DNA from: Mobula hypostoma
Taxonomy: Eukaryota
Direction: 5' to 3'
DNA: 64,000 bases
NCBI RefSeq assembly: GCF_963921235.1
Contig: NC_086097.1
Coordinates: 129,024,001-129,088,000, forward strand
Each line of letters begins with the position of its first letter. Positions within the stretch are counted from its first letter, which is position 1. Shown piece after piece: positions 38,430 through 52,309 of the stretch. Under the pieces are notes generated by a model. The model was given only the letters and a program-made list of their open reading frames with translations. It was not told where the DNA came from and did not search any database. The translations under genes were made by a program, and so were the position numbers.

Positions 38430-39379
38430 TTCCATAATGAGAAGCTAAACCAAGGGCCTGTCCTACATTACAAGTGGATTGGGAAATCACCAGCCACTCA
38501 TAGTGAGAATGAACTCAGAATTATTCATGGAATCTGGATCAACAGTTATTTCTCAACATAAAGCATTCAGAAAGTTTGTTCAATCATTATTATGTTACTT
38601 CTTTTGGGAGTAGGTTGTGTGAAAATTACAGTATCTGCCATACATCTCTTACATTCCTGCAATTCATTGCGATTCAAGTGAAAATGTAAAAAGTTGCAGA
38701 TGCTGAAAATCCAGAATAAAATCACAAAATGCTGGAAATACTCAGCAATTCATGCCACATCCATGGAAAGAGTTATAAAGATAACACTCATGTCGAAGTC
38801 CCTTGATCAAAGACCTGGAAGCATAATGTACTTCGAGATGGGTAGGTACTACATAAATGCTCATCGTTTTGCTTAACAAGAACACAAGATACTGAGCACA
38901 AGATAGTCAAGAATTCCAAGAAAATACTACAATTAAATACGGCAGCTGAAGTGCATTCTCACATAACGACCAATAAAAGGATTATCTATAATTCGATAAA
39001 CTAGGTCATGATTATCCGAAAAGAAAAGCAGTTATTACTTCAGTCTATCCTTTGAAAATTGTCCCACCTTATCATTTTAATGATAAGCATATATCAAACG
39101 AAGTCTTTTCATTTGAATTAAATTATCATAGCCATTATGATCTATCTGGACACTTTTCCATGCCAGGTAACTTCCCATTGGTACTTTTCAGTAAGCATCG
39201 TTATATGCAAGAGTTTGAGAGGAAACAAATCTAACTATGAAGATGAAGATATCATTTGTTGGAGAGGTGGAAAGAATGGCCAGATGATTAATTCATCACG
39301 CTCCAATTACAGAAAACCAGTGTGAAACCACTATTAAAGACACAGTGCCCACATTGATTCAGTCATTCAGGTCACTAAC

Positions 39380-39611
39380 CTTGTGGTCGACCAGAAGGCC
39401 AACTGCATTTAGGCAGCAGGTGGAGATCTCGAAATTCAGACTGCTGGGTCCAGACAACCTTTGGCTCATGGGTATGGTCCACTGTGTTCTCACTGGTCCT
39501 CAGTTGCTTCGTGGAGTTAGAGCACTCATGAGAAGTGAGCAGTTGCGGAGGAAGCTGCAGTCCCACTGCACATTGCTCCTGTCCTAAAAGGGATCTGGGG
39601 AGCTTCATTAT
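39380..39611 (-). CDS. OFCC1: OFCC1-like next coding exon (232 nt, phase 0-1)
   Basis: Acceptor ctctttcacag|ATA and donor CAAG|gttagt. Encodes IMKLPRSLLGQEQCAVGLQLPPQLL...GRPQ, the expected continuation of LYFQ|VIKLP, and is in phase with the previous exon. Confidence 0.85.
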
Positions 39612-39929
39612 CTGTGAAAGAGTTCCAAATCAAACTGTTACTTGTCAATGCAGATAAGATGGCCTTCCATATTATATTCAGATTGTAGTACTTTTATGGG
39701 AGCAGCTATAGAAAGTATTAAATTCACGTGTGTCAAAAACTTCTGTGCCTTATATATTAGACTGTCTTCATGTTCTGCACTGGCCATTGTAAGCTTGTCA
39801 GGCTGTAATTATAACCTCCAAACTCCAGCGTACTTCACTGGAATCTATTATCAGCCAGATTTATGGAGATCAATTCTATGAGAAATGAGGATCTTGAAAG
39901 TGCTAAGTTACATTATTCGTTCTTTTTAA

Positions 39930-40470
39930 CCACTAACATCATTTACAGACTTGCAAGCATTGTTCCCCCAGAGATCCGAAGACACACTACAACAGAAATT
40001 GAAAAAGGTAGACAGAACTCGGATCCACGGCACCCACTACATCATCATGCGCCAGTTCCCAACCGCCTAAAATCGAGGAAAAGCTTTGCTGCAGTGGAGG
40101 AACCACTGCACGGAACATTCCCCCAAACATACAGGATTGACCTCTGGCAACAAACAGAAGCCAGAACCCCACCAAACAATACAGTGCAAGGCCCCACAGG
40201 AATGTTGCCAAACGAGGCACGGCTTGACAGACGGAAGTGGTGCACTCTCAACAGATCGAGACCGGGAGTTTGTAGGATGGGAGACAATATGGTGAAGTGG
40301 GGTTTAAAGACCAACGAATCCTGTGAGTGTGGCGAAAGGCTGCAGAACATTGAACATGTTCTGCGCAACGGCCCACTCTCACCTGATTTAGCTGACACTG
40401 ACCTGCTCAACGTCAACCAAACAACATGAGAGTGGCTGGCTGTCTGGTGTGACAAGCTATGAATGAATGA
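39930..40470 (+). mobile_element. Vingi/Ingi-group LINE 3' end
   Basis: LASIVPPEIRR...HPLH...RLKSRKSF...WCTLNRSRPG...VKWG...CECG...QNIEHVL (C-terminal zinc-knuckle region); (atga)n tail. Confidence 0.75.
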
Positions 40471-40513
40471 CTTTATTCATTGTTGAAGAAAGGGGAAGTT
40501 GAATATAAAAGTA

Positions 40514-40803
40514 GGGTGTCACAGTAGCGTAGTAGTTATCACGTCTCTTCACAGTACCTGTGACCAGGGTTCAATTCCTGCCACTGCCTTAAGGTGTTTG
40601 TACATTCTCCCTGTGACCAGGTGGGTTTCATCCGGGTGCTCCGGTTTCCTCCCACAGTCCAAAGACATACCGGTTGGTAGGCTAATTGATCATTGTAAAT
40701 TGTCCTATGATTAGGCTAGCATTAAATTGGGGGATTGCTGGGCGATTGGCTTGAAGCACCAGAAGGGCCTATTGCACACCAAATCTCAATACATAAATAA
40801 ATA
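40514..40803 (+). mobile_element. tRNA-derived V-SINE
   Basis: B box ggttcaattcc and V domain gggtgctccggtttcctcccacagtccaaagac. Confidence 0.85.
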
Positions 40804-40964
40804 ATGAAAAGCATGACAATGTATTGCAAATGTATCTTAAATGTTAGACAGAAATTTTGGAACTGGAGGCCAAGACAGAATGAATAGTCAAATTCACTTA
40901 AAAGAACGGACAATGACTGCAGGACACAGAATAAAGGTTAAGATGAAATTTAAGGGGTCAGGCA

Positions 40965-41330
40965 GTAGTAGAATCATACAGTCTGAAAACAGGCCCTTCG
41001 GCCTAACTTGTCCATTTGCCTGCATTTGGCCAATCTCCCTCTAAACCTTTATTATCCACGTACCTGTCCAAGTGCCTTTTAAATGTTGCTCATGTACCTG
41101 CCTCAGACACTTCCTGAGACGGCTCATTCCATACACTGGCTACTCTCTGGGTGAAAAATATGCCCTCGTGATCATAATAAACTTGACCCTTCCCACCTTA
41201 AACTTTTGCCCTCGTCTTGACTCCTAAACTCTGGGTTAAAGACAATGCACTTTCAACTCTCTGACTGGTTTAAAGTTATGTACCTCGTAATTTTGAACAC
41301 CTCTATAATGTCATCCCTTATTCTCCAATC
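40965..41330 (-). mobile_element. CR1 3' fragment
   Basis: gaaaacaggcccttcggcc...gtacctgtcca...cattccata typical CR1 3' UTR. Confidence 0.7.
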
Positions 41331-42579
41331 TAAAGCTCATGGAAAATATTTTAAATCCTCAAGCTAATGGGAAAGGGGAGAAACCATGGTGGGGACAATA
41401 CCCTAGATCAAATTCAACAACCATCTGGACAAGCATTTGGATCTATAACTTCCTGGGCTTGGGAACAAGAGCTGGAAACTGGGATTAGCCAAAAAGCTTT
41501 TCTTGGCTGGGTGAGAAACGCTGTGCTTAATGGCCTTCTTCTTAACCATAAATTCCAATAATTTTAAAACAGTTTTTAAAAAATCAAGTCACTGTCATTA
41601 TTAAGAACAATGAAACAGCTGGAAATTGATAGAAAAGTCGAGAAAATTTAAAACGTTAACAAAATTTGTCCTCGTTAGTATCCTCATAATCCAAAATCTA
41701 ATCTAAAAATTTCAATTGATTTTATCAAACCCAACATAAATGTCACACACCCATAGAAGGCTGTTTCCGAATAGAAAAGGTGCAGGCTTTATGTCCAATG
41801 TTAATGACTATGATTAAGTAATATCACATTTGTATGGTTTGGGCCATATCTATAAAGTCAATATATCTGATGGCTTCCAAATGAAAAGGGGCCAGAAAAA
41901 TAAACTTTTATCTCAGCCCCTTGTTGGTGCCTGGTTATTGAAGAGTGAGTGATGTAGAGGGTTATTAGCAGAATAGTAAGGCAGCAAGAAGACACACACA
42001 CATGCAATACTGCAACAATGTGAAGGATAAATCCTGGGATTCCCCTCAAAGCCTTCCTCAGAATTTATTTATCATTGGGAATGCAAACATGGTAGAACTG
42101 TTGCTACACATTCAAACTGTAGGAAATATGGCTGCTTATAGCTCTTGAGATCAATGAAAGACTACCAGTCAGAGAGTGGATCCCTGCTTCCAGCTACCGG
42201 ATAGCCTTGAAGGCAGATCCAAGAAGTGAAATAGAAAAAGACCTGCAAATAGCCAACCTATACTCTGGAGCAAGTATTTCATCGTAGTGAACTTCAAGTA
42301 TATGTCTATCTTGTTATGATCATAGGAGCAGAATTAGGTGATCTGCCCATTGAGTCTGGTCCGCTATTCAATCAGGGCTAATTTATTATCCCCTTCAACC
42401 CCATTTTCCTGCCTTCTTCCATCATTTTGACACCCTTTTTGCACATTTTGCGTGCCAGTTTCCAATGAGACACTGGATTGAGTTGAGAGAGAGAGAGTTT
42501 AAAAGAAGCGAGTGGGGGTAGTCGGCACTTTTTGCAGATCACAGTTCCCAAGGAGATATCGGAATGCACAAAGGGAGAT

Positions 42580-44935
42580 GGAGCTTAAAACAAATGAGCG
42601 GATGATGCACAATTAGGCACTCAGCAAGGGCCAATAAAAAGAAGTTATTTTTCAGCAGGCCAGCCATTGTGGAAGTGGCCATTATGTGACTGGGCCAGTG
42701 TTAGAGAGGGGAACTGAGGCTTTTGCGCATCAAGACTTCGGTGAGAAGAGGCAAAGGCGTTATTTATTCTATTCTTTCTTTCTTTTTTATTGTGCTTTTA
42801 GAACAGTGGGGTTGCCAGGTGGGATAGTGGTATGTTCCTCTTGCAGGATTTGGCAAGGCAGGGAGACACGCGGTGTCCCTGACAGCTACACCTGCAAGAT
42901 GGGCATCCCGCTGTAGCCTCTAGCAGTCCATGTTCAGGAGCTGGAGCTGGAACTAAATGAACTCCAGATCATTCGGGAGGCTGAGGGGTTGATCAACAGG
43001 ACACACAAAGAGTAGTTAACACCCAAGATACAGGACACAGGTAACTGGGTGACCATAAGGAGGGAGAAAGGAGGTAGGCAATACTGTCAGTGGCCAATCC
43101 TTCAACTGCAGGTATACTGCTTTGGATACTGTTGGGAGAGACGACCTAGCAGAGGAAAGTCACAGCAGTGAGGTCTCCGGCACTGAGTCTGGCTCTGTGG
43201 CTCAAAAGGAAAGTGAGAGGACGAGGCAAGCTGTAGTGACAGGAGATGAGAGTTGCAAGTTGATGAGAATGAGAGCGCAGGAATAGATAGTGGTGTGGTT
43301 GTGGAGAAAGATGTGTTTAAACCTATACATACAGTCAAGAATCAAAAGGAGTCAACTGGGATGAGTGTTCCGAGCTGTGTATATTTCAATGCAAGGAGTA
43401 TTGTAGAAAAGGCAAGTGAGCTTAGCGCATGGATCAGTAAATGGAATTGTTGCTTTATGTGAAAACTAATTGCATGAGGGGCAGGACTGGCAGCTCAATG
43501 TCCCACAGTTCAGTTGCTTCGGATATGATAGAGTGGGAGGGATTAAAGAGGGAGAGGTGGTACTATTAGTCAGGGAGAATATCATGGCAGGGATCAGCCA
43601 GGACAGACTGGAGAGCTCATCTGGTGAGGATTTATGGGTAGAACTAAGCAGTAAGAAATATGAACATATTAACGGGATTATATTATGGACCACCCAATTG
43701 TCTGCAGGATTTGGAGGAGGAAATTTGAAGAGAGATCGCAGACTATTGCAAGAAATATAAGGTTGTGGTAGTAGGTGAATTTAATTTTCCACATATTAAC
43801 TGGGACTTCTATACTGTAGAAGGGCTGGATGGGATAAAGTTTGTCAAATGTGTTCATTATATTTTCCTTTATCAATACATAGAAGTCCCAACTAGATCTC
43901 CTATCAGGGAATGAGACAGGACGGGTGACAGAAGTTTGTGTAGGGAAAAAAATTGCATCTACTGATCATTACGCCGTTAGTTTCAAGGTAATTATGGAAA
44001 ATGATAGGTTGAGATTCTAAATAGAAGGAAGACCAATTTTAATGGTATCATAAAGGATCTGGCAAGCATGGATTGGCATAGGTAGCTTCCTGGCAAAGGT
44101 GTACTTAGTAAATGTGAGGCCTTCAAAACTGAAATTTTGAGAATACAGAGTTTGTACGTTCCTGTCTGAATAAAGGCATGAATAACAGATTTAGGGAACC
44201 TTGGTTTTCGAGAGGCCCTGGTTAAGAAAAGGAGGGAGCGGCCTAGCAGATATAGGCAGGCAAGAACAAATGAGGTACTTGAGGAGTGTAAGAAATGCAA
44301 GAGAACACTTAGGAAGGAAATCAAGAGGACTAAAAGAAGACATGAGGTTGCTCTAGCAGTCAAAATGAAGAAGAAACCTGAGGGCTTCTACAGATATATT
44401 AAGAGCAAAAGGACAGCAAGGGACAAAATCACGTGGTAAACTGGATCAGCAAATTTGCAGATGACAACAAGATTAGGGGTGTATTGGGCAGCAAAGAAGA
44501 CTATTAAAGCTTGCAGCGGAATCTGGACCAGCTGGAAAAATGGGTGGAAAAATGACCAATAGAATTTAATACAGACAAGTGTAAAGTGTTGTACTTTGGG
44601 AAGACCAATGAGGATAGGTACACGGTGATCAGCAGATCACTGAGGGGTGCGGTAGAACAGAGGCTTCTGGGAATATAAATCCATAATTCCTTGAAAATGG
44701 CTTTGCTGGTCGATAGGGTCGTAAAGAAAGCTTTTGGCACATTGGCCTTCATAAGTCAATGTACTGAGTACAGGAGTTGGAATATTATGTTGGAAATTAT
44801 ATAAGACATTGGTGAGTTCCAATTTGGAGTATTGTGTCCAGTCTTGGATACCTACATACAGGAAAAATGTAAATAAGATTTAAAGAGGGCAGCGAAAATT
44901 TACAAAGGATGTTGCTGGGACTTGAGAGCCTGATT
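42580..44935 (+). mobile_element. Decayed, internally deleted CR1 retaining 5' UTR/ORF1 and APE/RT remnants
   Basis: ORF1 VVCSSCRIW...YTCK...ELELELNELQIIREAEG (zinc finger and leucine zipper); CVYFNARSIVEK; GQDWQLNVP; KFADD. Confidence 0.85.
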
Positions 44936-47900
44936 TATAAGACCATAAGACATAAGAGCATAATTAGGCCATTTGGCCCATCGAGTCTGCTCTGCCATTC
45001 AATCATACCTGAACCCTTTTGTCCCTCCTCAGCCCCACTCCCCAGCCTTCTTCCCATAACCCTTGATGCCATGTCCAATCAAGAACCTATCAATCACTGT
45101 CTTAAATACACCCAACGACCTAGCCTCCAGAGCTGCCTGTGGTAACAAATTACACAAATTTACCACCATCTGGCTAAAGAAATTTCTCTGCATCTCTGTT
45201 TTAAATGGATGCTCCTCTATCTTGAGGCTGTGCCCCTCTTATCCTACACTCCCCCACCATGGGAAATATCCTTTCCACTTCTACTCTGTCTAGGCCTTTC
45301 AACATTCGAAAGATTTCAGTAAGATTCTCCTCATTCTTCTAAATTCCAGTGAGTACAGACCCAGAGCCATCAAACATTCTTCACATGACAACCCTTTCAT
45401 TCCTGGAATCATCTGTGTGAACCGCCTCTGAACCCCTTCCAATGCCAGCACATCTTTTCTTAGATAAGGAGACCAGAACTGTTCATACCACTCAAGGTGG
45501 GGCCTCACCTGTGCCTTATAAAGTCTCAGCATTACATCCCTACCCTTGTATTGTAGACCTCTTGAAATGAATGCTAATATTGCATTTGCCTTCCTCGCCA
45601 TTGACTCAACCTGCAAGTTAACCTTTAAGGTGTTTTGAAAAAGGACTCCCAAGTCCCTTTGCATCTCAGATTTTTGGATTTTCTCCCCATTTAGAAAGCA
45701 GACTGCACATTTATTTCTACTACCAAAGTGCACAACCATGCATTTTCCAACACTGTATTTTATTTGCCACATTCTTGCCCATTTTCCTAATCTCTCTGAG
45801 TCCTTCTGCAGCCTACCTGTTTCCTCAACACTACCTGCCCCTCCACGAATCTTCATATCATCTGTGAACTTGGCAGCAAGGCCATGTATTCCATCATTTA
45901 AATCACTAACACACAGCGTAAAAAGAAGCAGTCCCAACACGGACCCCTGCAGGATAACACTAGTCACTGGCAACCAACCAGGAAAGGATCCTTTTATTCC
46001 CACTCGCTGCCTCCTATCAATTAACCAATGATCTAACCATGCCAGTAACTTTCTTGTAATACCATGGGGCTCTTAATTTGGTAAGCAGCCTCATGTGTGG
46101 TACCTTGTCAAAGGCTATAAGACCATAAGACATAGGAGCAGAATTGGACCATTCAGTCCATCGAGTCTGCTCTACCATTTCATGGCATTTCCTGGATCCC
46201 ATTCAACGCCATACACCTGCCCTCTCACCATTACCCTTGACATCCTAACCAATCAGAGATCTATCAATTTCCACTTTGAATATACCCACAGACTTGGCAT
46301 CCACCACAGTCTGTGGTAGGGTGTTCCACAGATTCACCACGCTCTGGCTAAAAGTAATCCTCCTTACTTCTGTTCTAAAAAGCCGCCCCTTAATTTTGAG
46401 GCTGTGCCCTCTAATTCTGGATAACCCCACCAGAGGAGACATCCTCTCCACATCAACCTTTTCTAGTCCTTTCAACATTCAGTAGGTTTCAATGAGATCC
46501 CCCTGCATTCTTCTGAAGTTCAATAGCAGGCCCAAAGCTGTCATACACTCCTCATATGTTAACCCCTTCATTCCCGAAATCATCGTGAACCTCCACTGGA
46601 CTCCCTCCAATGACAATATATCCTTCCTGAGATAAGGGGCCCAAGACTGTTGACAATACTCCAAGTGTGGCCTGACTAGTGTTTTATAAAGCTTCAGCAT
46701 TATCTCCTTGATTTTAAATTCTATTCCCCTTGAAATAAATGCCAACATTGCATTTGCCTTCTTTACCACAGACTCAACCTGTGAATTAATCTTCTGGGAG
46801 TCTTGGACAAGGAATCCTAAGTCCCCTTGCACCTCTGATGTTTGAGTTTTCTCCCCATTCAGATAATAGTCCGCACTATTGTTCCATTTACCAAAATGCA
46901 TTATCATACATTTCCCAACACTGTGTTCCATCTGCCATGTTTTTGTCCATTCTTCCAATCTAAGTCCTGCTGCAATTGCATTGCTTCCTCAGCACTACCT
47001 ACCCTTCCACCTATCTTCGTATCATCTGCAGACTTTGCCACAAAGCCATCAATTCCACTATCTCAATCACTGACAAACAATGTGAAAAGTAATGGTCCCA
47101 ATACTGACCCCTGAAGAACACCACTAGTCAATGACAACCAGCCAGAAAAAGCCTTCCTTATTCCCAAATGCTACCTCCTGCCTGTCAGCCATTCCTCTAT
47201 CCATGCCAGTGTCTTTCCTGTAACATCATAGAATTTTATCTTGTTAAGCAGCCTCATGTGAGGCACCTTATCAAATGCCTTCTGAAAACCTAAGTAAATG
47301 ACATCCACTGCCTCTCCTTTGTCTACCTCCTTTGTTACTTCCTCAAAGAATTCTAACAGATTTGTCAGCCAAGATTTCCCTTTACAAAAACCATCCTGAC
47401 TTTGACTTATTTTATCATTAGTCTCCAAGTACCCCGAAACCTCCTCCTTAATAATGGACTCCAACACTTTCCAACCACTGAGGTTAGGCTAACTGGCTTA
47501 TATTTTCCTTCCTTTTGTCTTCCACCCTTCTTAAAGAGTGGAGTGACATGTCCAATCGTCCAGTCCTCTGGGACCATGCCAGAATCAAGTGATTCTTGAA
47601 AGATGATGACCAATGCATACATTATCTCATCAGCAACCTATTTCAGGACTCTGGGATGTAGTTCATCTGGTCCAGGAGACTTATCCACCTTAAGATTTTT
47701 CAGTTTACCTAGCACTTTTTCCTTTGTACTAGCAATGGCACTCACTCCTGCTGCCTGACACTCATGGACCTCTGGCATACAGCTAGTGTCTTCCACAGTA
47801 AAGACATAAACAAAGTACTTAGAAAGTTCATTTGCCATTTTGTTGTCACCTGTTACTATCTCACCAGCATCATTTTCTAGTGGTCCAATATCATCTCTCA

Positions 47901-48956
47901 CCTCCCTTTTATTCTTTGTATAACTGAAAAATCTTTTAGTATCTTGCTTTATATTATCAGCCAGTTTGCCTTCATATTTCATCTTTTCCCTTCTTGTAGC
48001 TTTTTTAGTTGCCTTTTGTTAGATTTTAAAAGCTTCCCAATCATCCAACTTCCTACTCAATTTTGCTACCTTATATGCCCTTTCCTTGGCTTTTATCTGG
48101 TCCTTAACTTCACTTATCAGCCACGGTTACTTAAGCCTGCCAGTTGAGAACTACTTCTTCTGTGGGACATATCTATACTGCGCCTTGTGAACTATTCCCA
48201 GAAACTTTAGCCACCTTTGTTCTGCCATCAGCCCCGCCAGTATCCCCCTCCAGTCCACCTGGGCAAGCTCCTCTCTCTTGCCTTTGTAATCCCCTTTATT
48301 CCATTGCGATGTTGACACATTTGACTTGTGCTTCTCCCTCCCAAATTGCAGTATGAATTCAATCATATGATCACTGCCTCCTACGGGTTCCTTTATGTTA
48401 AGCTCCCTAATAAGATCTGGGTTATGACACAATATCCAATGTAAGGCAGACTCTCTCTGAGCAGGCTCAAGCACATGCTGCTCTTCATAAGCAGCACCTT
48501 CAGTCCTGCATTCTTCGCCCTTATGAATTTTGCCTCTGTGGTACAACTTAACTATTTGCTCCATCTGCAGGTGTACCCAATCATTGGCTTGTCCTTCCTT
48601 ACATTCATATTACATATGACCTCATCTACTGGTAAACCCGCTGGCTCATCCTCAGCTCTATCATACTGGTTCCCATCCCCCTGCCATATTAGTTTAATCC
48701 ACTTCAAGGCCTTCTGAAAGTCCAAAGATACAACATCCATTCCATCCCCTTTGTCTATCCTACTTGTAATCTCCTCAAAGAATTCCAACAGGTTCATCAG
48801 GCAGGATTTTCCCTTAAGGAAACCATGCTAACTTTGTCCTATCTTGTCCTGTGTCACCAAGTATTCCATAACCTCACCCTTAATATCTTCACAACCACTG
48901 AGGTAGGGCTAACTGGTCTATAATTTCCTTCCTGCTGCCTTCCTCTTTTCTTAAAA

Positions 48957-49550
48957 GGACTGGACTAAAAATACGGGGGCTCTGTACAAGAAGGTACAGA
49001 GCTGACTGAACTTCCTGAGGAGGCCTCCGCTCATTCAACGTCTGCAGTACCATGCTGCAGATGTCCTACAACTCAGTGGTGGCCAACATTCTATTCTATG
49101 CTGTAGCCTGTGCTGGGACAGCAGGATGAAAGCAGCTGATGCCAAGAATATCGCTAAGTCTGTCAGGAAGGCTGGTTTTGGTCTGGGGGTGGAAATGGAT
49201 TCCCTGGTGGTCGTGTCTGAGAGGAGGATGCTGCAGAAGCTATGGAGCATTACACAATCCCTCTCACCATGACGTACTGGACAAACAGAGGAGCACCACT
49301 GAATGCCACAAGGGATCACTTCTCCTTGTGGCTATAAGACTCTACAACTCCCCATCCTTAAGTATATAAGTACTGTATATGGTTACATTGCATATCTGTA
49401 TCTTGCACTATTACTTTCTAATGCACATTCTGCATTCTTTTTCATATCTCAATGCTTACATTCTGTATTTTAAAATATGTACTTCTGACTGAGCAACTCT
49501 GCAACAATAATTTTCTTCAGGATAAATAAAGTTTTATCTTAATCTTAATC
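48957..49550 (+). mobile_element. Rex1-like LINE 3' end inserted in CR1
   Basis: Remnants YAVACAG and LVAIRLYNS; (atctta)n tail; taaaa on both flanks, with CR1 ttcttaaa|gagtggagtg continuing across. Confidence 0.7.
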
Positions 49551-51005
49551 TAAAAGAGTGGAGTGATATTTGCAATTTTCCAGTCCACTGGCACCATGCC
49601 AGAGTCCAATGATTTTTGAAAGATCATTACTAATGCCTCCAAAATCTCTACCATTAACTCTTTCAGAACCCTAGGGTGCAGTTCTTCTGGTCCAAGTGAC
49701 TTATGTCTTCCAGCTTTTAGAGTACCTTTGTCCTGGTAATAGCTCACTTCTCTTCCCTCACACCTTTCAACATCTGGCACACTGCTGGTGTCTTCCACAG
49801 TGAAGTCCAATGCGTAATACTCATTTAGTTCATCTGCCATCTCCTTGTCGCCCGTTATTATTTCTCCTGCCTCATTTTTAGTGGTCCTATATCCACTCTC
49901 ATGTCCCTTTTATTTTTTACATACTTGAAAAAGCTATTATTATCTATTTTGATATTGTTTACTAACTTGCTTTCATATTTCATATTTCATGCTTTCATAT
50001 TTCATATTTTTTTAGTTGTTCTCTGTAGGTTTTCAAAAGCTTCCCAATCCTCTATCTTCCTGCTAATTTCTGCTTTGTTGTATGCCCTCTCTTTTGCTTT
50101 TACGTTAGTTTTGAATTTTCTTGTCAGCGAAGGTTGTACTATTTGGCCATTTGAGCATTTCTTTGTTTTTTGGAATACATCTATCCTCCACTTTCTTATT
50201 TTTCACGCCATTGCTGCTCTGCTGTCATCCCTGCCAACATCTCCTTCCAATTTCACCTTGGCCAACTCCCCTCTCCTACCACTGTATTTCCCTTACCTTC
50301 TCCCTATCAAATTTCAAATTGAACTCAAATCATATTGTAATAACTGTCTCCTAGGGGTTATTTTAGACAATAGACAATAGACAATAGGTGCGGGAGTAGG
50401 TCATTCAGCCCTTCAAGTCAGCACCGCCATTCACTGTGATCATGGCTGATCATCCATAATCAGTGCCCCGTTCCTGCCTTCTCCCCATATCCCTTCACTC
50501 CACTATCTTTAAGAGCTCTATCTAACTCTTTCTTGAAAGCATCCAGAGAATAGGCCTCCACTGCCTTCTGAGGCAGAGCATTCCACAGATCCACAACTCT
50601 CTGGGTGAAAAAGTTTTTCCTCAGCTCCGTTCTATATGGTCTACTCCTTATTCTCAAATTGTGGCCTCTGGTTCTGGACTCCCCCAACATCGGGAACATG
50701 TTTCCTGCCTCTAGCGTGTCCAATCCCTTAATAATCTTATATGTTTCCATCAGATCCCCTCTCATCCTTCTAAATTCCAGTGTATACAACCCCAGTCACC
50801 CCAATCTTTCAACATATGACAGTCCCGCCATCCTGGGAATTAACCTCATGAACCTACACTGCACTCCCTCAATAGCTAGAATGTCCTTCCTCAAATTTGG
50901 AGACCAAAACTGTACACAATATTCCAGGTGAGGTCTCACCAGGGCTCTGTACAACTGCAGAAGGACCTCTTTGCTCCTATACTCAATTCCCCTTGTTATG
51001 AAGGC

Positions 51006-51107
51006 CAGCATGACATTAGCTTTCTTCACAGCCTGCTGTACCTACATGATTACTTTCAGCATGACATTAGCTTTCTTCACAGCCTGCTGTACCTACATGA
51101 TTACTTT
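51006..51107. repeat. Perfect 51-bp tandem duplication inside CR1
   Basis: cagcatgacattagctttcttcacagcctgctgtacctacatgattacttt twice, followed by cag. Confidence 0.95.
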
Positions 51108-52309
51108 CAGTGACTGATGAACAAGGACACCTAGATCTCGTTGTACTTCCCCTTTTCCTAACTTGACATCATTCAGATAGTAATCTGCCTTCCTGTTCTT
51201 GCCACCAAAGTGGATAACCTCACATTTATCCACATTAAACTGCATCTGCCATGCATCTGCCCACTCACCCAACCTGTCCAAGTCACCCTGCATTCTCATA
51301 ACATCCTCCTCACATTACACACTGCCACCCAGCTTTGTGTCATCTGCAAATTTGTTAATGTTACTTTTAATTCCTTCATCTAAATCATTAATATATATTG
51401 TAAATAGCTGCAGTCCCAGCACCTAGCGGTACCCCACTAGTCACTGCCTGCCATTCTGAAAAGGACCCGTTAATCCCTACTCTTTGTTTCCTGTCTGCCA
51501 ACCAATTTTCTATCCATGTCAGTACCCTAACCGCAATACCATGTGCTCCAATTTTGCCCACTAATCTCCTATGTGGGACTTTATCAAAGGCTTTCTGAAA
51601 GTCCAGGTGCATTACATCCACTGGCTCTCCCTTGTCCATTTTCATAGTTACATCCTCAAAAAATTCCAGAAGATTAGTAAAGCATGATTTCCCTTTCGTA
51701 AATCCATACTGACTCGGACCGATCCTGTTACTGCTGGCCAAATGTGCCACTATTTCATCCTTTATAATTGACTTCAGCATCTTCCCCACCACTGACGTCA
51801 GGCTAACTGGTCTATAATTCCCTGTTTTCTCTCTCCCTCCTTTCTTAAAAAGTGGGATAACATTAGCTACCCTCCAATCCACAGGAACTGATCCTGAATC
51901 TATAGAACATTGGAAAATGATTACCAATGCATCCACGATTTCTAGAGCCACCTCCTTAAGTACCCTGGGATGCAGACCATCAGGCATTATTATTATTATT
52001 ATTAATGTACAAGGGTGTACGCTCCACTCCATTTCCAAAAATCAATGACCAGCTCTTTTGTTTTGCTGACATTGAGGGAGAATTTGTTTTCTTGACACCA
52101 TGCCACAAAAGATAAATTTAGCTTTATTTGTCATACGTACATCAAAACATGCAGTGAAATGCGTCGTTTTGCGTCAACAACCAACACAGTCTGAGGATAT
52201 GCAGGAAGCAGCCCACATGTGTTGCCATGTCTCTGGCACCAACACAGTATGCCCACAATTTACTAACCATAACCCACATGCCTTTGGAATGTGGGAGGAA
52301 ACTGATCGT

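Larger units (their letters stand above)
44936..51985 (-). mobile_element. Stack of several co-oriented CR1 copies
   Basis: Separate 3' tails near 44936, 46115 and 50362, plus an interrupted copy at about 48700-50360. Many RT motifs (ORFs 45299-46003, 46479-46958, 47171-47982, 51388-52038). Confidence 0.92.

Noticed and set aside
45299..46003. Longest ORF (234 aa) as a functional gene
   Set aside because: Fragment of a 5'-truncated CR1 RT with a mutated catalytic region (FTDDM).
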